A stretch of 63,289 nucleotides of DNA, the filler included, from Folioceros fuciformis (taxonomy: Eukaryota): assembly GCA_049999805.1 (NCBI GenBank). It is 5 parts of 5 records of this genome, joined end to end, with 100 filler letters (N's around TTAATTAATTAA, not from the genome) between each part and the next. Parts side by side here need not be neighbours in the genome. Positions count along the whole stretch, not along the records: positions 1 to 23,529 come from JBNGIO010005642.1; 4 more parts are not named here. One strand, written 5' to 3'. The position numbers and the translations under genes are program-made. Positions 1 through 12,928 of this stretch are shown here, piece after piece (the stretch's first letter is position 1; every line of letters starts with the position of its first letter). The notes below the pieces were generated by a model that did no database searches, was not told where the DNA came from, and was given only the letters and a program-made list of their open reading frames with translations.

Positions 1-329
1 CGTATCGGCTGCTTCGTCTGGTGGAGATGTGGATGTGGTGTGCGAGGCTCGTCTCTTTGGACCTGTAGGCTCGTGAGGGCCGGGATGTTGGTGGTTGTGG
101 ATGCCTTGGACAGACCGACAGGGAGGCGGTTAGGGTCCTCGGAGCGCGATGGTTTCGTGACCCCGTGCGTCATTTAGTCTGTGGAATTTACTTTCGGGTG
201 TGAGATCGCCGGATGAGCTGCATTTGCGCTTGCCTTGTTGACTTGGAGCCGTGAATGTTGGGGGAAGGGTACGTTTCTGTGCTGTGTGCATTGGTGGTGA
301 CATTTTCTTCTTCTCGTTTGCCTTTGCAG

Positions 330-1520
330 AAGCGTCCTACACATGTTCCCAAGTTTGGCAACTGGGATGCCAATGATCACATGCCTTTTACGGCCGTGTT
401 TGACCACGCTCGAGCAGAGAAAGGAGGGAAGCCGATGAATCCCAATGATCCAAATGAGAACCCTGGGGCATTCGGGCGAGGCTCGTTCAACCCTAATGAT
501 CCCTCTGACAATCCTGCTGCTTTTGGGAGAGGGAGAGTTTTCAACCCTAATGACCCCTCTGACAACCCTGAGGCGTTTGGTCTACGCAATCCCTCTGCTC
601 CAGGGCCTGGAGCACCGCGGGGTCGGCATGAGCGGAAGCCCAGCGTAGAGGAAAGTGATCTGCGCCGGCCTGTTGAGTTTCCTGGTCGCAGCAACCCCTA
701 TGATGGGCGTAATCCTGGTGGCGACCAAATCCGACGAGCTGGATCTGATCCTGTCGCAAGTCGACCCCAGGCTGATCTTCGCCAGCCTCCCCGCCCTGGT
801 TCAGGTGGAGTTATAGGTGGTGTTGGACCTGGAAGAACAGGATCTGGAGGTCTTGTAAGTGACCGAAGTAATGGGGATAGTGGTCACGGCAGCGCCCATG
901 GTAGCGCCCACGGCAGTGCCCATGGCAGTTCGCATGGAAACCAGTCACCAGCGCACCCTCCAGCCTATCAGCAGCGGTTTGGAAGACCGTCACCAAGCTC
1001 TCCTGCAAGGACGACAGGGGATCCAGTCATTGCGCCCCCAACCCCAAGCAGATTACGACCAGGGGGAAGGCCAAATGATACCGTAAGGAGCAGCTCATCG
1101 TGTTCGGTTTCATGATTTTTTTGGTCTCATCTTGATCTCAGATTTCCACTTTCCTATGATACATCGTATCGTTTCTTGATATGCTCCAGCCGGACCGAAG
1201 TGTGCCGAAGTTTGGTGATTGGGGCAAGGCCGATGGTTTCACTGTTATCTTTGAAAGTGCCCGCCAAGATAAAATCACTGGTGGTGTGCCTGGACGTCCG
1301 AACTTCCCTGCCGAGTCGCCGGCACGTCGTGGTGATGAGGATCTGTACAAGACTCCCGGCCGTGAGAAGAAGCCGGAGGTAAGTCTCGTTGAGTTTCACA
1401 TCCTTGTAAGCTTTATACTTGCGTCTTGAGTGAGTGAGTGAGCCAACTTTGCCCTGTGTGCTCTGTTGGCAGCCGAAATGGTACCACAGCTTGTGCCCAT
1501 GTATGGCTCCACAGGAATAG
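330..1520 (+). CDS. RIN4: RPM1-interacting protein 4 / NOI-domain protein, 5' partial. Exons 330-1082, 1190-1378, 1473-1520; the tiny first exon is probably upstream of the window.
   Basis: N-NOI HVPKFGNWD..PFTAVFDHAR followed by NPNDP; C-NOI SVPKFGDW..ADGFTVIFESAR; C-terminal Cys cluster (KWYHSLCPCMAPQE*). All introns are GT-AG and phase 0. Confidence 0.9.
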
Positions 1521-3005
1521 CCTTGGTGGCCCGTACTGTATGGAAGAACATGGCAGGGCTTCGTATGGGGACTGTTTCAACCTTGGAAGGATAAGCTTAG
1601 CGCACATTTATGAGTGACCGACGATGAGTCGGCAAGAACCGTGAGGGCAGGCCATCGCCCACCTTACTTTACTACCTGCTTTGTGAGGGAGTTCCATTTC
1701 AATCGTCCACGCGCGAGAGAGCATGTGACGTGCTCGCCAGGTGTGGAGCACAGCCAACATTTTAGATGCAGGTAGATTGATAACACTTGCTACTTCGGGT
1801 TATCACCCTCCGGCACATGATGTTTTGAAACAGAGTCTCAATGCGTGAGTCATATTGTGTCTTGCCAGCCCGGTGTCGGATGCTGAGGCTGTCAAGCTTT
1901 GTCTATTTGTGGTGCAAGTTGCAGTTCTCAATTCTAGCTGTAAGCTTGGTTGTCTTCCTACAGCTCAGCTGTGCTTGTAGGATGCCATCTAAGAATTTGT
2001 AATGTCTGACATGACGAATATAAGCCTGTGTGCAGTCGCTGTGGCTATAAGCTCACATCGAGCGAATTATTGTATTGCTCTTGATTCCACATTGCATCTA
2101 GAGACGATTGACATTTCTCCATCTGTTCCATGGATTGCTGCACTTGTACTCTACCAGTTGACAGCCACAAGCTGTCAGCCCACGAAGTTACTTCAAAGTC
2201 CACCATGTACGGAGTTTGCCGTCGTGGGTCTGAACGCCACTATGTGAAGGCCACCCAACCTGGGGCTGGGGTACATTACCAATCGCACCTGGGGTACTAC
2301 ATTACTATCTCAACTGGGGTACATGTCCTCTCTCACATGCGCGACACCATCTCTTTCAACAGGGGCAATCCTGGTAGCCACAAGATATGTTCCAGCTGTT
2401 TCATGCTTTGCCGTTGTTCACTCGTGGGTGACGAGTAAGCACGGCCAAGAAGGCTACGGGGAAGCTTCTGATAAAAAAACGTGCAAACTTCTAGCAATCA
2501 CCATCGTGGACGTGGAGGAGGTGGTCCGACCGTCAGATCGTGTCCACCATTTGCAGCGGAAAAGCTTGCAGACCGGGCCAACTAATTCATGTAAACATAC
2601 CCCTCTCTACCGCGTCAAGCAACGTTTTACCTTTTGTTTTTCACATTTTTCTTATCACATCATTTTTTCCACGAAAAGGATGATCTGCGGCATCAATATT
2701 ACTAGTACGATACGAGCACGAGGATCGGCATGCCACATGCCTCATAAGCACAGACTCAAGGCCAGATCGTCACAAATCCATCCACGGCAGAACTCCACAA
2801 TTCACCATACACGGCGCAAGGAGCAGCATTGGCTCCACCCGGATGTGGCCTCCACACCTTGTAAACAATGCAAGCTGAAGGCAGCCGGAGCTCAGTGGGA
2901 GCTGCAAAGGCGATGGTACCATTTCTTCTGCCAAGTCAGAGAGGTTCACAACCACGAATTAGCACAAATGCGCTCAGAGAGGAGCACACCAAGCTCATCG
3001 CACTC

Positions 3006-3185
3006 TCAGTGCGACCTCACCTTGGGAGCACTTCCAGGGACCGGGGACATGTCCTCTCCTAACTGTGGCAGAGGTGGCCCAAGCTGCGGCGATCTCGGTT
3101 TAGGAGTCGGCTCATCGTACACGATCGTGAACCGATCCCCCTGGATCTCACCTTCGGTATATGGATGAAACTTCGATCTCCCCAT
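3006..3185 (-). CDS. Putative 59-aa Pro-rich small protein (MGRSKFHPYTEGEIQGDRF...)
   Basis: ATG at 3185 with TATATAAA about 110 bp upstream on the same strand (~3296-3303). No recognised homology. Confidence 0.3.
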   Translation of the reverse strand: MGRSKFHPYTEGEIQGDRFTIVYDEPTPKPRSPQLGPPLPQLGEDMSPVPGSAPKVRSH

Positions 3186-3712
3186 GACTGCACAGCAAAC
3201 GGATCTCGCACTCCGCTGCTGCCGGTTGCGGCGAGTTGCTACGAGCAACAAGGTGCCGAAACTAGCAGAGCTAACGCGTAATTTGGCCTCCATGAGTTTA
3301 TATAACTCACAAGGTAACGGTAGACATAACACTCAACGGAACGGTGGGACAGCTGACGGGAGAACCTACTGAAGTGAAGCCCATGTCGTGCATACAAAAC
3401 ATCCATGCTCATTCATGTATGTACATTTTGCTGTCAATTGTCTCCGCTTTCCTTGTGGGTTAAGCGGTCTACGTTTTGCAGTGGCCGTTGCTACAGATCC
3501 GGCTCCAAGACCGCGTACAATGAACCTAACAGCAACCAGGCTCTTGCTTCCACGAGCACTTCTGGAAGCAAGTTGTCCTCAAGCCTGTGCAATGCTAGCT
3601 GTTGTTGCTGGACTCATCCCCTTTCATAACCTGCGACAACGAATAATGTAAACCCCAGAACAAAGCGGCAAGAGTAGGACGAGGATGGAACGGGGAATCG
3701 GATGTACCGGAG

Positions 3713-3988
3713 TCACTCCCTTGTAGAGCTTTTCGCGGGGAGCTGCTGCTCAGGTGAGAGATGGCGGTGGTAGTAGCCCCAGGTCGCCACCCCGGCCAGA
3801 ACAATCACCCCGGCAAGCACCACCGGGTAAGCCCCTGCTTTTTGTAGAGACACGCCGCTCCGTTGGTGGAGCACGCCGCCGGGGTTCTGGCCTGGCGGCC
3901 GTTTGGAACCTTGAAGCCCTAACTTCTCCACTTCTTCAGGGCTCATTTTGGTAGTATCCGCATTCGTCTTCCATCCCTCGCGCGCCAT
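3713..3988 (-). CDS. Conserved small single-TM plant protein (91 aa), DTTKMSPEEV..SKRPPGxNPGGVLHQR family; AT4G31830-like by recall
   Basis: The motif ADTTKMSPEEVEKLGLQGSKRPPGQNPGGVLHQR is followed by a hydrophobic helix (PVVLAGVIVLAGVATWGYY). Intronless. Confidence 0.75.
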   Translation of the reverse strand: MAREGWKTNADTTKMSPEEVEKLGLQGSKRPPGQNPGGVLHQRSGVSLQKAGAYPVVLAGVIVLAGVATWGYYHRHLSPEQQLPAKSSTRE

Positions 3989-4169
3989 GTTTCCTTGCTA
4001 GGTAAGCGATTTCTGTCTAGTGGTAGGCTCGTCAGCTTGCGCTTGCTGATAAAGCTTCTGCCTCCGCTTCTGCCTGCCCATGCCGCGTCATGGCTTGGAA
4101 GGACTGCGTGAAGAAAGGGTTTGTAGGGGGACAAGTGTCGAGGTCTGCCAACTGTCGTTCGAGCTTGAA

Positions 4170-4185
4170 ACGTGGCCTGCATGCA
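4170..4185. promoter_or_regulatory. Adjacent ABRE (ACGTGGC) and RY (TGCATGCA) elements upstream of the 91-aa gene
   Basis: aaACGTGGCcTGCATGCAcc lies about 180 bp upstream of the ATG at 3988. Confidence 0.5.
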
Positions 4186-4564
4186 CCTCCAAGTCCTGCC
4201 CATCAGGCTCCGTGTCAGGTAATGGTTGCGAGAGGTGATGAGCCCTGCCTGTAGGGTGAGGAGTGAAGTTCGTGGGTGCAGGTTTGCTCTCACCCGGAGA
4301 CGGGATTCCAGGGATGAGCCACGGGAAGTCTTGTGATGTTCGATAGATCTAATACACTCGGAATCGAGATGCAGCAAATGATGTCATCTAACTTACGGCC
4401 TGATTCCCAAGACGGAAAGTTTGCACGTATTATCTGATGCTGCGTATCTCAATTCATAGTGCACGGTCGAGTTCTCCACTCACTATCTACCACTGTTGCC
4501 GGTTAGCACACCGATCCTTCCAACCACGTTGGTAGACAGGCTCATGAAAAGTGGAATAGTGGCT

Positions 4565-7500
4565 TCACAGGGCAGCGGAGAGGGTGCGGAATTCTTGTAG
4601 GCAGTTGCTCAGGATGGTGCATCGCTTCTGTAGAGATTCTCTTTCCTTCCCCAGTTGGTCAGTAGCTCCGGGAGCCATGAACATCTGCATGAACTTGTCA
4701 TCGCTCACAGCAAATAGCTCGAGCCCCACAGCTACTGCCAACCCATCTCGACTGAAACGCAACAACGTTGAGAGTGAGTAGGTTAGGACATATCCGTTTT
4801 CTACGGCACGCAAAGGGGAAGGAGAAGGGTGCACACACCATGGATTGAGGAACCCTGCATTCAAGGTAGCTGGGACGCTGCGTTCCACGAGCAGGGCACG
4901 AATTTTGCCGAACTGATCAGCAGCCGTGGAGCATACTTCCTCATAAGCTGATCTTAGGGCTGTATCCTGGCCATGATGCCGAGGTTCCTTATGCTGAGCT
5001 AGCCGCCCGGTCAAGGATGTGCCAGACCTTTTCCTTACAGATGGATCCAGTCCCGCAGCTGCACCATTCAAACGTCCACTGACAATAGCGAACTCTTTCC
5101 TTTTTGCCACTTTCACTTCGCTTGCTGCCATTTCAGGTGAAGGGGTGTCCGGGATGGTTATTTGGCTCTCACGGAGTGGTTCCCTGTCTTCTCTGGTTGG
5201 GCTGTACGCAGTAACCTTTGCTCCTGCAACGGGGTCTGCATTCTCGTCGTCATTGATGCACTCCTCCACAAAATCCACAAGTACCTTGGACCTTTGCGCT
5301 TTGATGCCCCCTACAGTGATATCTGAGAAGTAGCTATGTGGGTATTGGCCTTCCAATCCAAACAACTGTGCACCAGGAAGTACCCACGACATTAGGCCCG
5401 GAACAAACACAAGGGAACGCTTGCAGACTGCAAGCGATGCGAATCTTTGGACATGTACCTGAGAGTATGGGCTTGTGGCTGTTGTCAAATGGTGCCGGAC
5501 CAATTCTTTGCATCTGTTGGTTAGCTCTTCAATGTATTTGTTATGAGCCCTTCTTAGGGCGGCATGGAAGGTAACAAAGGCGGAAAGCTCAGAAGATTCT
5601 TTGCGAGCTGCAGAGTCACGTTGAACAACAAGGAGATTACCACCATGCCTGCTCAGTGGCCCCACTTGCCACACTGCATAATCGCACACAGATCAAATGC
5701 CTTACGTGGACTCAGCTCTTGAAGCCGGATGCATTCCAATGCAAGATCAAACAGACTCCGAAGAACGTGAGCGAGGCGGTTGCATGCTGTGTCGAGCAAT
5801 GGACCCAGCCAAGATCGAGCTTCTGACCGGGCTATAGCAGCGGCTGCAGCTCCCACCCCGCCACCTCTTCCTGCATGGGCGAGTAGCATGTTTTTCACCT
5901 GATGACGTCTGAATGTTATCACAACTTGTTGTAGTTGCTGACATCCAAAACAGGGTCCTGAAGGGAACCAGAATTCTCACCTTTTCCTTGGAGACTATGG
6001 GGCATTCCAATGTACAGGCAGCACAACGAAATTCATTTAGCACTCTCTCAAAAGCAGCTCCGCCATACAACCTGAGCCCTGCATCTAGAGGCCTGACTTC
6101 AGTGTTCAGACCGGGCCAGTGCATTGCACCACTAGCTGCCCTCTCCTCTTCAGTGGTTCGGCCCCATTCAGAAGGATCCAGCTCAGCCGCTCCATCCAAA
6201 AGGGCAGCCTTTTCCAGCAAACAGGTGTAAGAGGTATGTAACATAAATGTGTCAAGAAAATTGAATTCACACAATCATAGGTTAAGGGTGAAAGCAGTTG
6301 CTGCACAAACTCGTGCGTTTAAGGCTAGACGACAGGCATACCACATGACTGGCCACGGCAGCCGCGTGAGTCATAGCAGCTCTGCGTAACGATGCTACAT
6401 CGGCAGCCCTGGAAAGTCTTGAATCAAGTAACGTCAATTCCGTACAGATCTCAGAACATCGCTCTTCCAGTAGAGCCAATGTCGCTGGAGCAGCATCCCT
6501 GTACCTGAAAATTGCCATAAGAGGATATGTTACAACCTACCAACAGAAAGGGTTCATGTTCGTACTGGCATACGTGATGCACCTTCGTTGGAGTTCCTGC
6601 CCCAAATATCTCTTCAGATTACCGAAGCCAATGTGGAGACCGAAACGATCTTCATCAAAGCCTCCAGTAATGTTCTCACGGAGGTGCTTCACAATTTCAG
6701 CGTCAACCTCACAAATCTGGTTGCGAAACTCCTCGTTATTCGACGTAGTACGATCCTTCGGCAGCGCAACAAAAAAAGGTCGGGCATTCTCTCCAAGATA
6801 ACCTCCAGCACTCAAATACCGATCCACTTCCCAACGCTCTACAAACTCCTGAAAGAACAGAGGCAAGATGTTGCTGTCAACAGCAGCCCCAGAGCATTTT
6901 TCCTGGACCCTCGAGATTCAGCAAGTAGGCAAACCATTCCATATCATGCTTCCATCTCTATGCAGTCTCACCTTCAGACGATTATCAAATTTTGACACCA
7001 CGACCGTTGTTCTTCGAAGAGATGGATCAATTGACCGAACGGTATCCAGCCAGAGAGATGAGCACCACTCCACACTACTCTGTTGAAGGAAAAGAAGCAT
7101 TCGGTGCTGAGGAGCCGCGATGGCCCTTACCATCTCAAGTATGTCCTTAGGAGTTGAATCCGGTTCCCCTTTCTTTGCCTGCCAACCAGAAAAGCATGTG
7201 AGAAACACAGTACAACCTCCACAACACAGCTTATAGAAACCAAACATCATAGTTCCATCCAGCACACTGAAACGCGGCAGTGAAACAGGATCACCGACCT
7301 TGAGAATGAAACCGGGAGTGTCGATTATAGTGAGGTTTGGGCAAAATGCATACTCCGCTCGCATAACAATTGGTTTTGCACTCACAGCTGTCCCGACGAC
7401 CTTCAGGTGCTCCTCAGTTCTGATCCTAATGGCCTCGGCCACCGAGGATGCCGGTTCAATCAGGGGGCCATAGTCATCCGAGTCCTCGTTCTGGAAACAA

Positions 7501-7917
7501 CATGGACAGAAATGCCAAGTGACGACTCCCAAACCTGCTATCATCAACATCCAGTCAACACTCACAGACAGAGTCAAAATCGAGATCCCGTACTTGCAAA
7601 CGGCACCGGGGCTCCAGAGCCTCTGCATCGTGCACCATCTGCAGCATTAAAGGCCGCCTGGTGCCCATCTCCACCTCCCGCACATTGAACCGAAACCCGA
7701 GCAGGGCTTCCAGAAGGGTGCTCTTTCCATCCGACTGCCCTCCCAAAGCGACTATCTCAGGGATCGGAAGCTTCTCCCCGAACGCAACTGCGGTTGCCTG
7801 CAGCTTGCTGTAAGCCTCGTAGCGGAAGCGCGCCTCGGAGCTATTGTACAAGTTGTCACAAATCTTCTTTCCCCCGGCCTTCCTTGTTTCAATTCCCGAC
7901 ACTGAAACCTCCGCCAT
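4565..7917 (-). CDS. DRP5A: Dynamin-related protein 5A (cytokinesis dynamin), multi-exon
   Basis: YEAYSKLQATAVAFGEKLPIPEIVALGGQSDGKS (P-loop), EMGTRRPL, IIDTPGF, LQQSSVEWCSSLWLD, VVSKFDNRLK, LYGGAAFERV, C-terminal VSDDKFMQMF. Short GT-AG introns. Confidence 0.93.
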
Positions 7918-10900
7918 GCCGCTGCCCCCAGCAAGCGCTCTACTGCAACGTTCTCAGCACGACCTGGGACCGGTGGAATGAAGCCCTCCCTCCCTTCCTC
8001 ATCCAGACCTCTCCAGATTCCGATGTAGGAAATCTGCACAACACAATGAGCATAGAGGTTCCGCCCACACCACTCTCCAAGTCCAGGTACGGCCCGGAGC
8101 TCAAATTCGTCTTGGCGGGAAGCCGTTTCCGAGTTGAACAGCGAGTAAAAGCTATCCAAGCAGAATACTCTTGACATGCTCACGATTTCAGTGGCGAGAG
8201 AAGTAAAATACATAAGTACATATGTATTGTATGGAATACCGATATTGGCTGATACCATATTATGATTTTGAGAGAAAGGTGGAGAGTTTATTTTTTTTAA
8301 GCTAAGCTTTTCATACAGCTGCCAAGTCAAATCGAATACGGGTCTCATTTTACTTTCTCATTCTTATTTTTTTAATAATATCTAACTAAATAATTATATT
8401 ACTTATCATTAATCATACTTATTCACACAGATTATTTTTTCAAACTGGATACTATTTACATCCACCCTCATCACACTCGATCGTGCTTGACAGCGGTTTG
8501 TAAATGGGTTCTTTAGGTCATATTTTTGAGGTTATGGGCAATATGGACTGTTGCCAAAACTCATGGACTGGGGAAGGCAACGGAGGAGTCTCCTACAACC
8601 GCTACATTCCCAGGTCGGGACGAGACAATCTGTTTATCACCGATGACATCAGTCACAGTAAGCAGCAGGAATTGATCAAGACCGACGGTCAGTAAGCTGG
8701 GAATGCGATCTACCTGGTAATTGTTCAGAGTGCCAGTCTTGAAGACGGAAGCACAGTAGTGGAAATAATAGTGTCACGTTCGAATAAATACGTCACTGAA
8801 CCCAAGCTCCGGAATTTCCATCAAGCCAGCGCTTAGCAAGTGTTGTTCCCACGGTGTGCATGTTACATGCCTGCTTTTAGCCAAGAACTTGTCACGCCAG
8901 CAGCGCAGAGTTTGCGTGCAGTGTCTTCCGACGCTTTCAATGTGCTCCACGTTGTAAGAGCAATCAACAGTGAGCACCTCCTTCTCAGCTTTATACTTGT
9001 CCTTTGGAGGAGGAAAACCAAGGGTTACAATCACGAGACTGCAGAGGGAAGTAGCGGTGAGGCCGTACCAGAACGACGATCTGCTCGCCATGGCTGCTGT
9101 AAGAGCGCTCAGCGAAGGAGTTGATCCGGCAGGGAAAATGTATTCTTTGATGAAGTCTAAACTCACGGTAGGTTGCGGACCTTTCTTCTGGCATACAGCT
9201 TACATGTGGGAACAGCAGGGACGCTAGTACGAAGGAACCGGAAATCCTTGACCAAGGTTTGCAACCCTTGTTGGAAGAGAACTAGGAGACCATCTTTGGC
9301 CAGAAGGTGATCGCACCGACTGAAGAACTCCTTGTAGTATTCGTGACCAACGGCTTCCAACAGCTCGCTGAAAACAAAGATTGCACCGGACAGGTTAACA
9401 TGGCGCTCCCTTGCATTGAAGCAAGAATTTGGCTCACACGAACTTGTAGCGAATTGCACGCACCATGCTACGATCAGATCATACTTATGATACTCAGGTA
9501 AAAGAACGGTCGTCACAGAGCCTTAGGGTGATCTTATCGTGTGGACAGTCAGAACTAGCATCGTCAGGTTCGCGGAGGGACTGTAACGATGCATCAGAGG
9601 TTAGGTTTGCAGCACATCGAACGTATTGAGCATGCTCCCTGGTTCGGAAGATACCCCCAGCTGGGCTTGCTTCACAAGGCTTCGGGAGTACTGCAACTGC
9701 TTTTTGGAGAGGGTGACGCCTGTGTACTTGCATCCGGTCTGCTGAACAATTGCTGAAGGTAAACTGCCCCAACCGAACCCGATTTCTGGCACCTCATGTG
9801 TGATTTTTTGCCCTGGCCTGCCAACGGGACAAGGAACATTGTAGAAAGTGAGTAGAGCTCATGGTGGTAACACTCATAAGATTGACATGGAATGTGTAAG
9901 CATGAACAACCTTGTCGACCAGGCAATTCATTTTCCGCCTCTGTGCATCCACCAAAGGTTCCTCAGTGCTCTGTCGCATTATCAAAAAACGTAGAAGTAT
10001 GTGTTCTGAGTTTCACTGCAGGCGGAAAATCTCCAGGACGCCCAGTGCAAACCTGGAGGAACTCTGAAGGTACCTTGAATATTGCACATGAGTACAACAT
10101 CGTCCCGTCCATAAACAGAGCGACCATCTCATTGCTCTGCGAGCGAACCACCAGTTTTCACATAAACTGTAGTAGTGAAGTACATGAAGACCGCAGAAAA
10201 TCAAAGGAAATCTGAGTGGACGACAGGGATTTGGAACTGTGGCAGACCAAATCATAGTGTTGAGAAATGTTTCTACGAGCGTTGGTGAGGTTGTTCTTGC
10301 GGGAGGTATGTCGAAGATACGATACAGCTGAACCAACTAATGAAGTTAGAATCACGGGACTCCACCACACCTTGCAGAGACATGTCGACAAGGTTGGGAT
10401 CGCTCCCGTTCATGCAAGAAGTTGGCAAGGAGAACTTAACCTGCTGTTCTGTTGAGGTGCCGAAAGTTTGCTAAGGTCCCTATTGGCGATCAGGATCTGG
10501 ACACAAACGCAAGCAATTATGTCATTTGATTAATGCTGGGCGAAACCGAGCACACTTTCAGCAGGAGAATTGAGAGAGTTACCTCAAAGAGATTGAGAAG
10601 GCCATTCCTTGTGTCCATACAGGGGACGTACCACCGTCGATGAACGCATCTGCAAGTCCCAAATCTGCCCTAGATACCACCTGCTCCACAATCCATATGC
10701 CAGAGGACATTGATCAGGTGCTGGATATAGCACGTATTCCGCAAATCAGTTACGATCCAAGGCCACAATCTGAAGCTGAACCACAAGATTCTGAATCGAA
10801 CCTTCCAATAGAATACAGGACTGTGCACACGCGGATGCACTTCACGTTGCAACCCTTCTCGCCTCCGATGAAGTCCACAACCGTTCCCCCATCTTCTAGC

Positions 10901-12787
10901 AGTCTACAAGGCGGAACGACCCTCAACAATGATCCAGACCTCTAGTTGACAACCCAGATCCAGGCAGCATTTACTCACTGAAGATGTCCTGTTTGAATAA
11001 AGGTGCGCAGGAATTTGAAAACGGCGAGGCGCGCTGCGAATTCCGACCATGAGACGACCTTTTGCTTGGATTTTTCATACCCTCGAACTTTCGTCCAAGC
11101 AGACCGTTCGCGGCTGCCAATCCCGCCTTCACCACAAACACGTCAGTTGGTAGCCTGGATTCCTAAAGCAGATGCTGCATCTGTTTGAGGTCCATGTTTT
11201 AGGTACTGTATCATGTTTGAAGTACATGTTTTAGGCACTGGAAGTTGCAGCAATTTACAATGCTGACAGTACCTTGAGGCCGTCGTCGTGAAAGCCGTAG
11301 CTAGTAAGAACGGACAGAACCAGCTGACGAAATCAGGGATGCAGGGCCTTTGATATGGGCGGATACCCGTGCAAAGGGCATGTTACTTTGGTAAGCACAA
11401 ACCAAATTCGTCTCTTGCCCTGTATCTGTTGTAGACGTTGTGATGCAGTAACAGCGGCCAGAGATGGAATCGGGTGGCTGGTTTGCCATGTTGCCACGAC
11501 GTGCTGAGGAGGGATTGTTGGATTCATCGTAACAAGTATTGGGCGTCCTGTATCTCCCAGATTCCGCGAGCAAAAAACACATGAGACAATTGGCTAATTA
11601 TAAGGAGCAGGCAACGGCAAAACAGCAGCAGCGCAAGCTGCAAGATTGAAGCACCTGAATCGCACTCAACCAATAGGTGGAAGAAACTCGTGCGCCCACT
11701 TCTCCCAGGAAGTTCCAAGCACACCATGCAGCAGGATTCCTTAGCATCAACTTGGCATCACGATGCAGGTAGAGATCACTGTAGTGATGAACATCACACT
11801 AGTTAGTCTGCAAATTCTACTTCTGTGTAGAGGAAACGTAAATCAACTGCCCATCTACAAGCATCACTTAGAACTGTACTGGAAAGCTCTGAGAATGCTG
11901 CGCTCCTCAAGGGTGGCGCTCTCCGGTAGCGGCATCTGTTTGGTATTGCCAAGGCATCTGGGGCACGGGCCGCTACCAAACATCTATCTGCCAAAGACGT
12001 CACTCCTGCCCTTGTCGTCAACAACTGTCACCCCAGCAACAGGCCATGATTTTTCACTCTGAGTGAGGAGGCAATATTTAAGGGGTGCCGAGCCCGGCAA
12101 AACAGGGCTGAAGGGATCACCTTCTCCGGTGCACAACGTTAGACTGTGTTCTGACGTCACCGCCCAGACTCTCGACAATTGATCGGATCTGCCAGGCATG
12201 ATGATGTCACTTCACAGCACGAGGACAACGGTTGCTCAATTAAGTCGCATTAACCAGCTGCAGCTATGAAGCAATTGTGTGACGTTGGGGGCGTGCGTCT
12301 CAATCTCCGAAGCAATAAATGCTTCGGACGGTCTGACGTCCCATGCGGCATGGCATGTACCACGTCATGAGCACTCTCTCTCTATCACGACGTATAGCCC
12401 GCTTGCAAACAACCTAGGTTTCGCCATAAATAAATGGTGGCATAACTTTTAATACAACCCGCTTGGTGGGTTGAACCGTGCGGTGTGTACAACCATGCGC
12501 AGGTTATAAACCGAGTTTAAAACCGTGAGCGGGATCACTCCCTTCCGAACATGAACAAGCATCAAGCTCTTGAACCTCATTTTCGCTATTTGCCTACCCT
12601 AATATAAGCAAAGAGGAACATGCACACCATGGAGTGTTCGTTGTTCATTCAATCGTCAGCACTTGGGCACTTTAGTGCAGATATCTAAGTTGGCAGGTCG
12701 TGAAGGACATAAAGCTTGCTTATATCCCTTGGAGTAGAGTGGATGGCTACATTTCAGGAGAAGGCTTGAGATGTGATGCAAGCTTCT

Positions 12788-12928
12788 GCCGGAAGGATTC
12801 GAAGAGTCAACAATCCTTGCCTATACCAATTGTGCCGGAAGGATTCGAAGAGTCAACAATCCTTGCCTATACCAATTGTGGCGGAAGGATTCGGAGAGTC
12901 AACATTCCTTGCCTATACCAATTGTGCC
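12788..12928 (+). repeat. 46-bp tandem repeat x3 interrupting the transposase ORF
   Basis: The unit GCCGGAAGGATTCGAAGAGTCAACAATCCTTGCCTATACCAATTGT starts at 12788, 12834 and 12880. Confidence 0.95.

Noticed and set aside
255-329. N-terminal hydrophobic extension of the RIN4 ORF
   Set aside because: TTG start and a polypyrimidine tract ending in CAG at 329 show it is intron sequence.
2323-3168. 281-aa ORF on the + strand
   Set aside because: No recognisable motif and UTR-like composition; likely a chance or shadow ORF.
12788-12928. Regular repeats as a possible CRISPR array (also 28880-29035, 40540-40730, 50598-50670)
   Set aside because: Head-to-tail units without unique spacers, eukaryotic context, and no cas genes.
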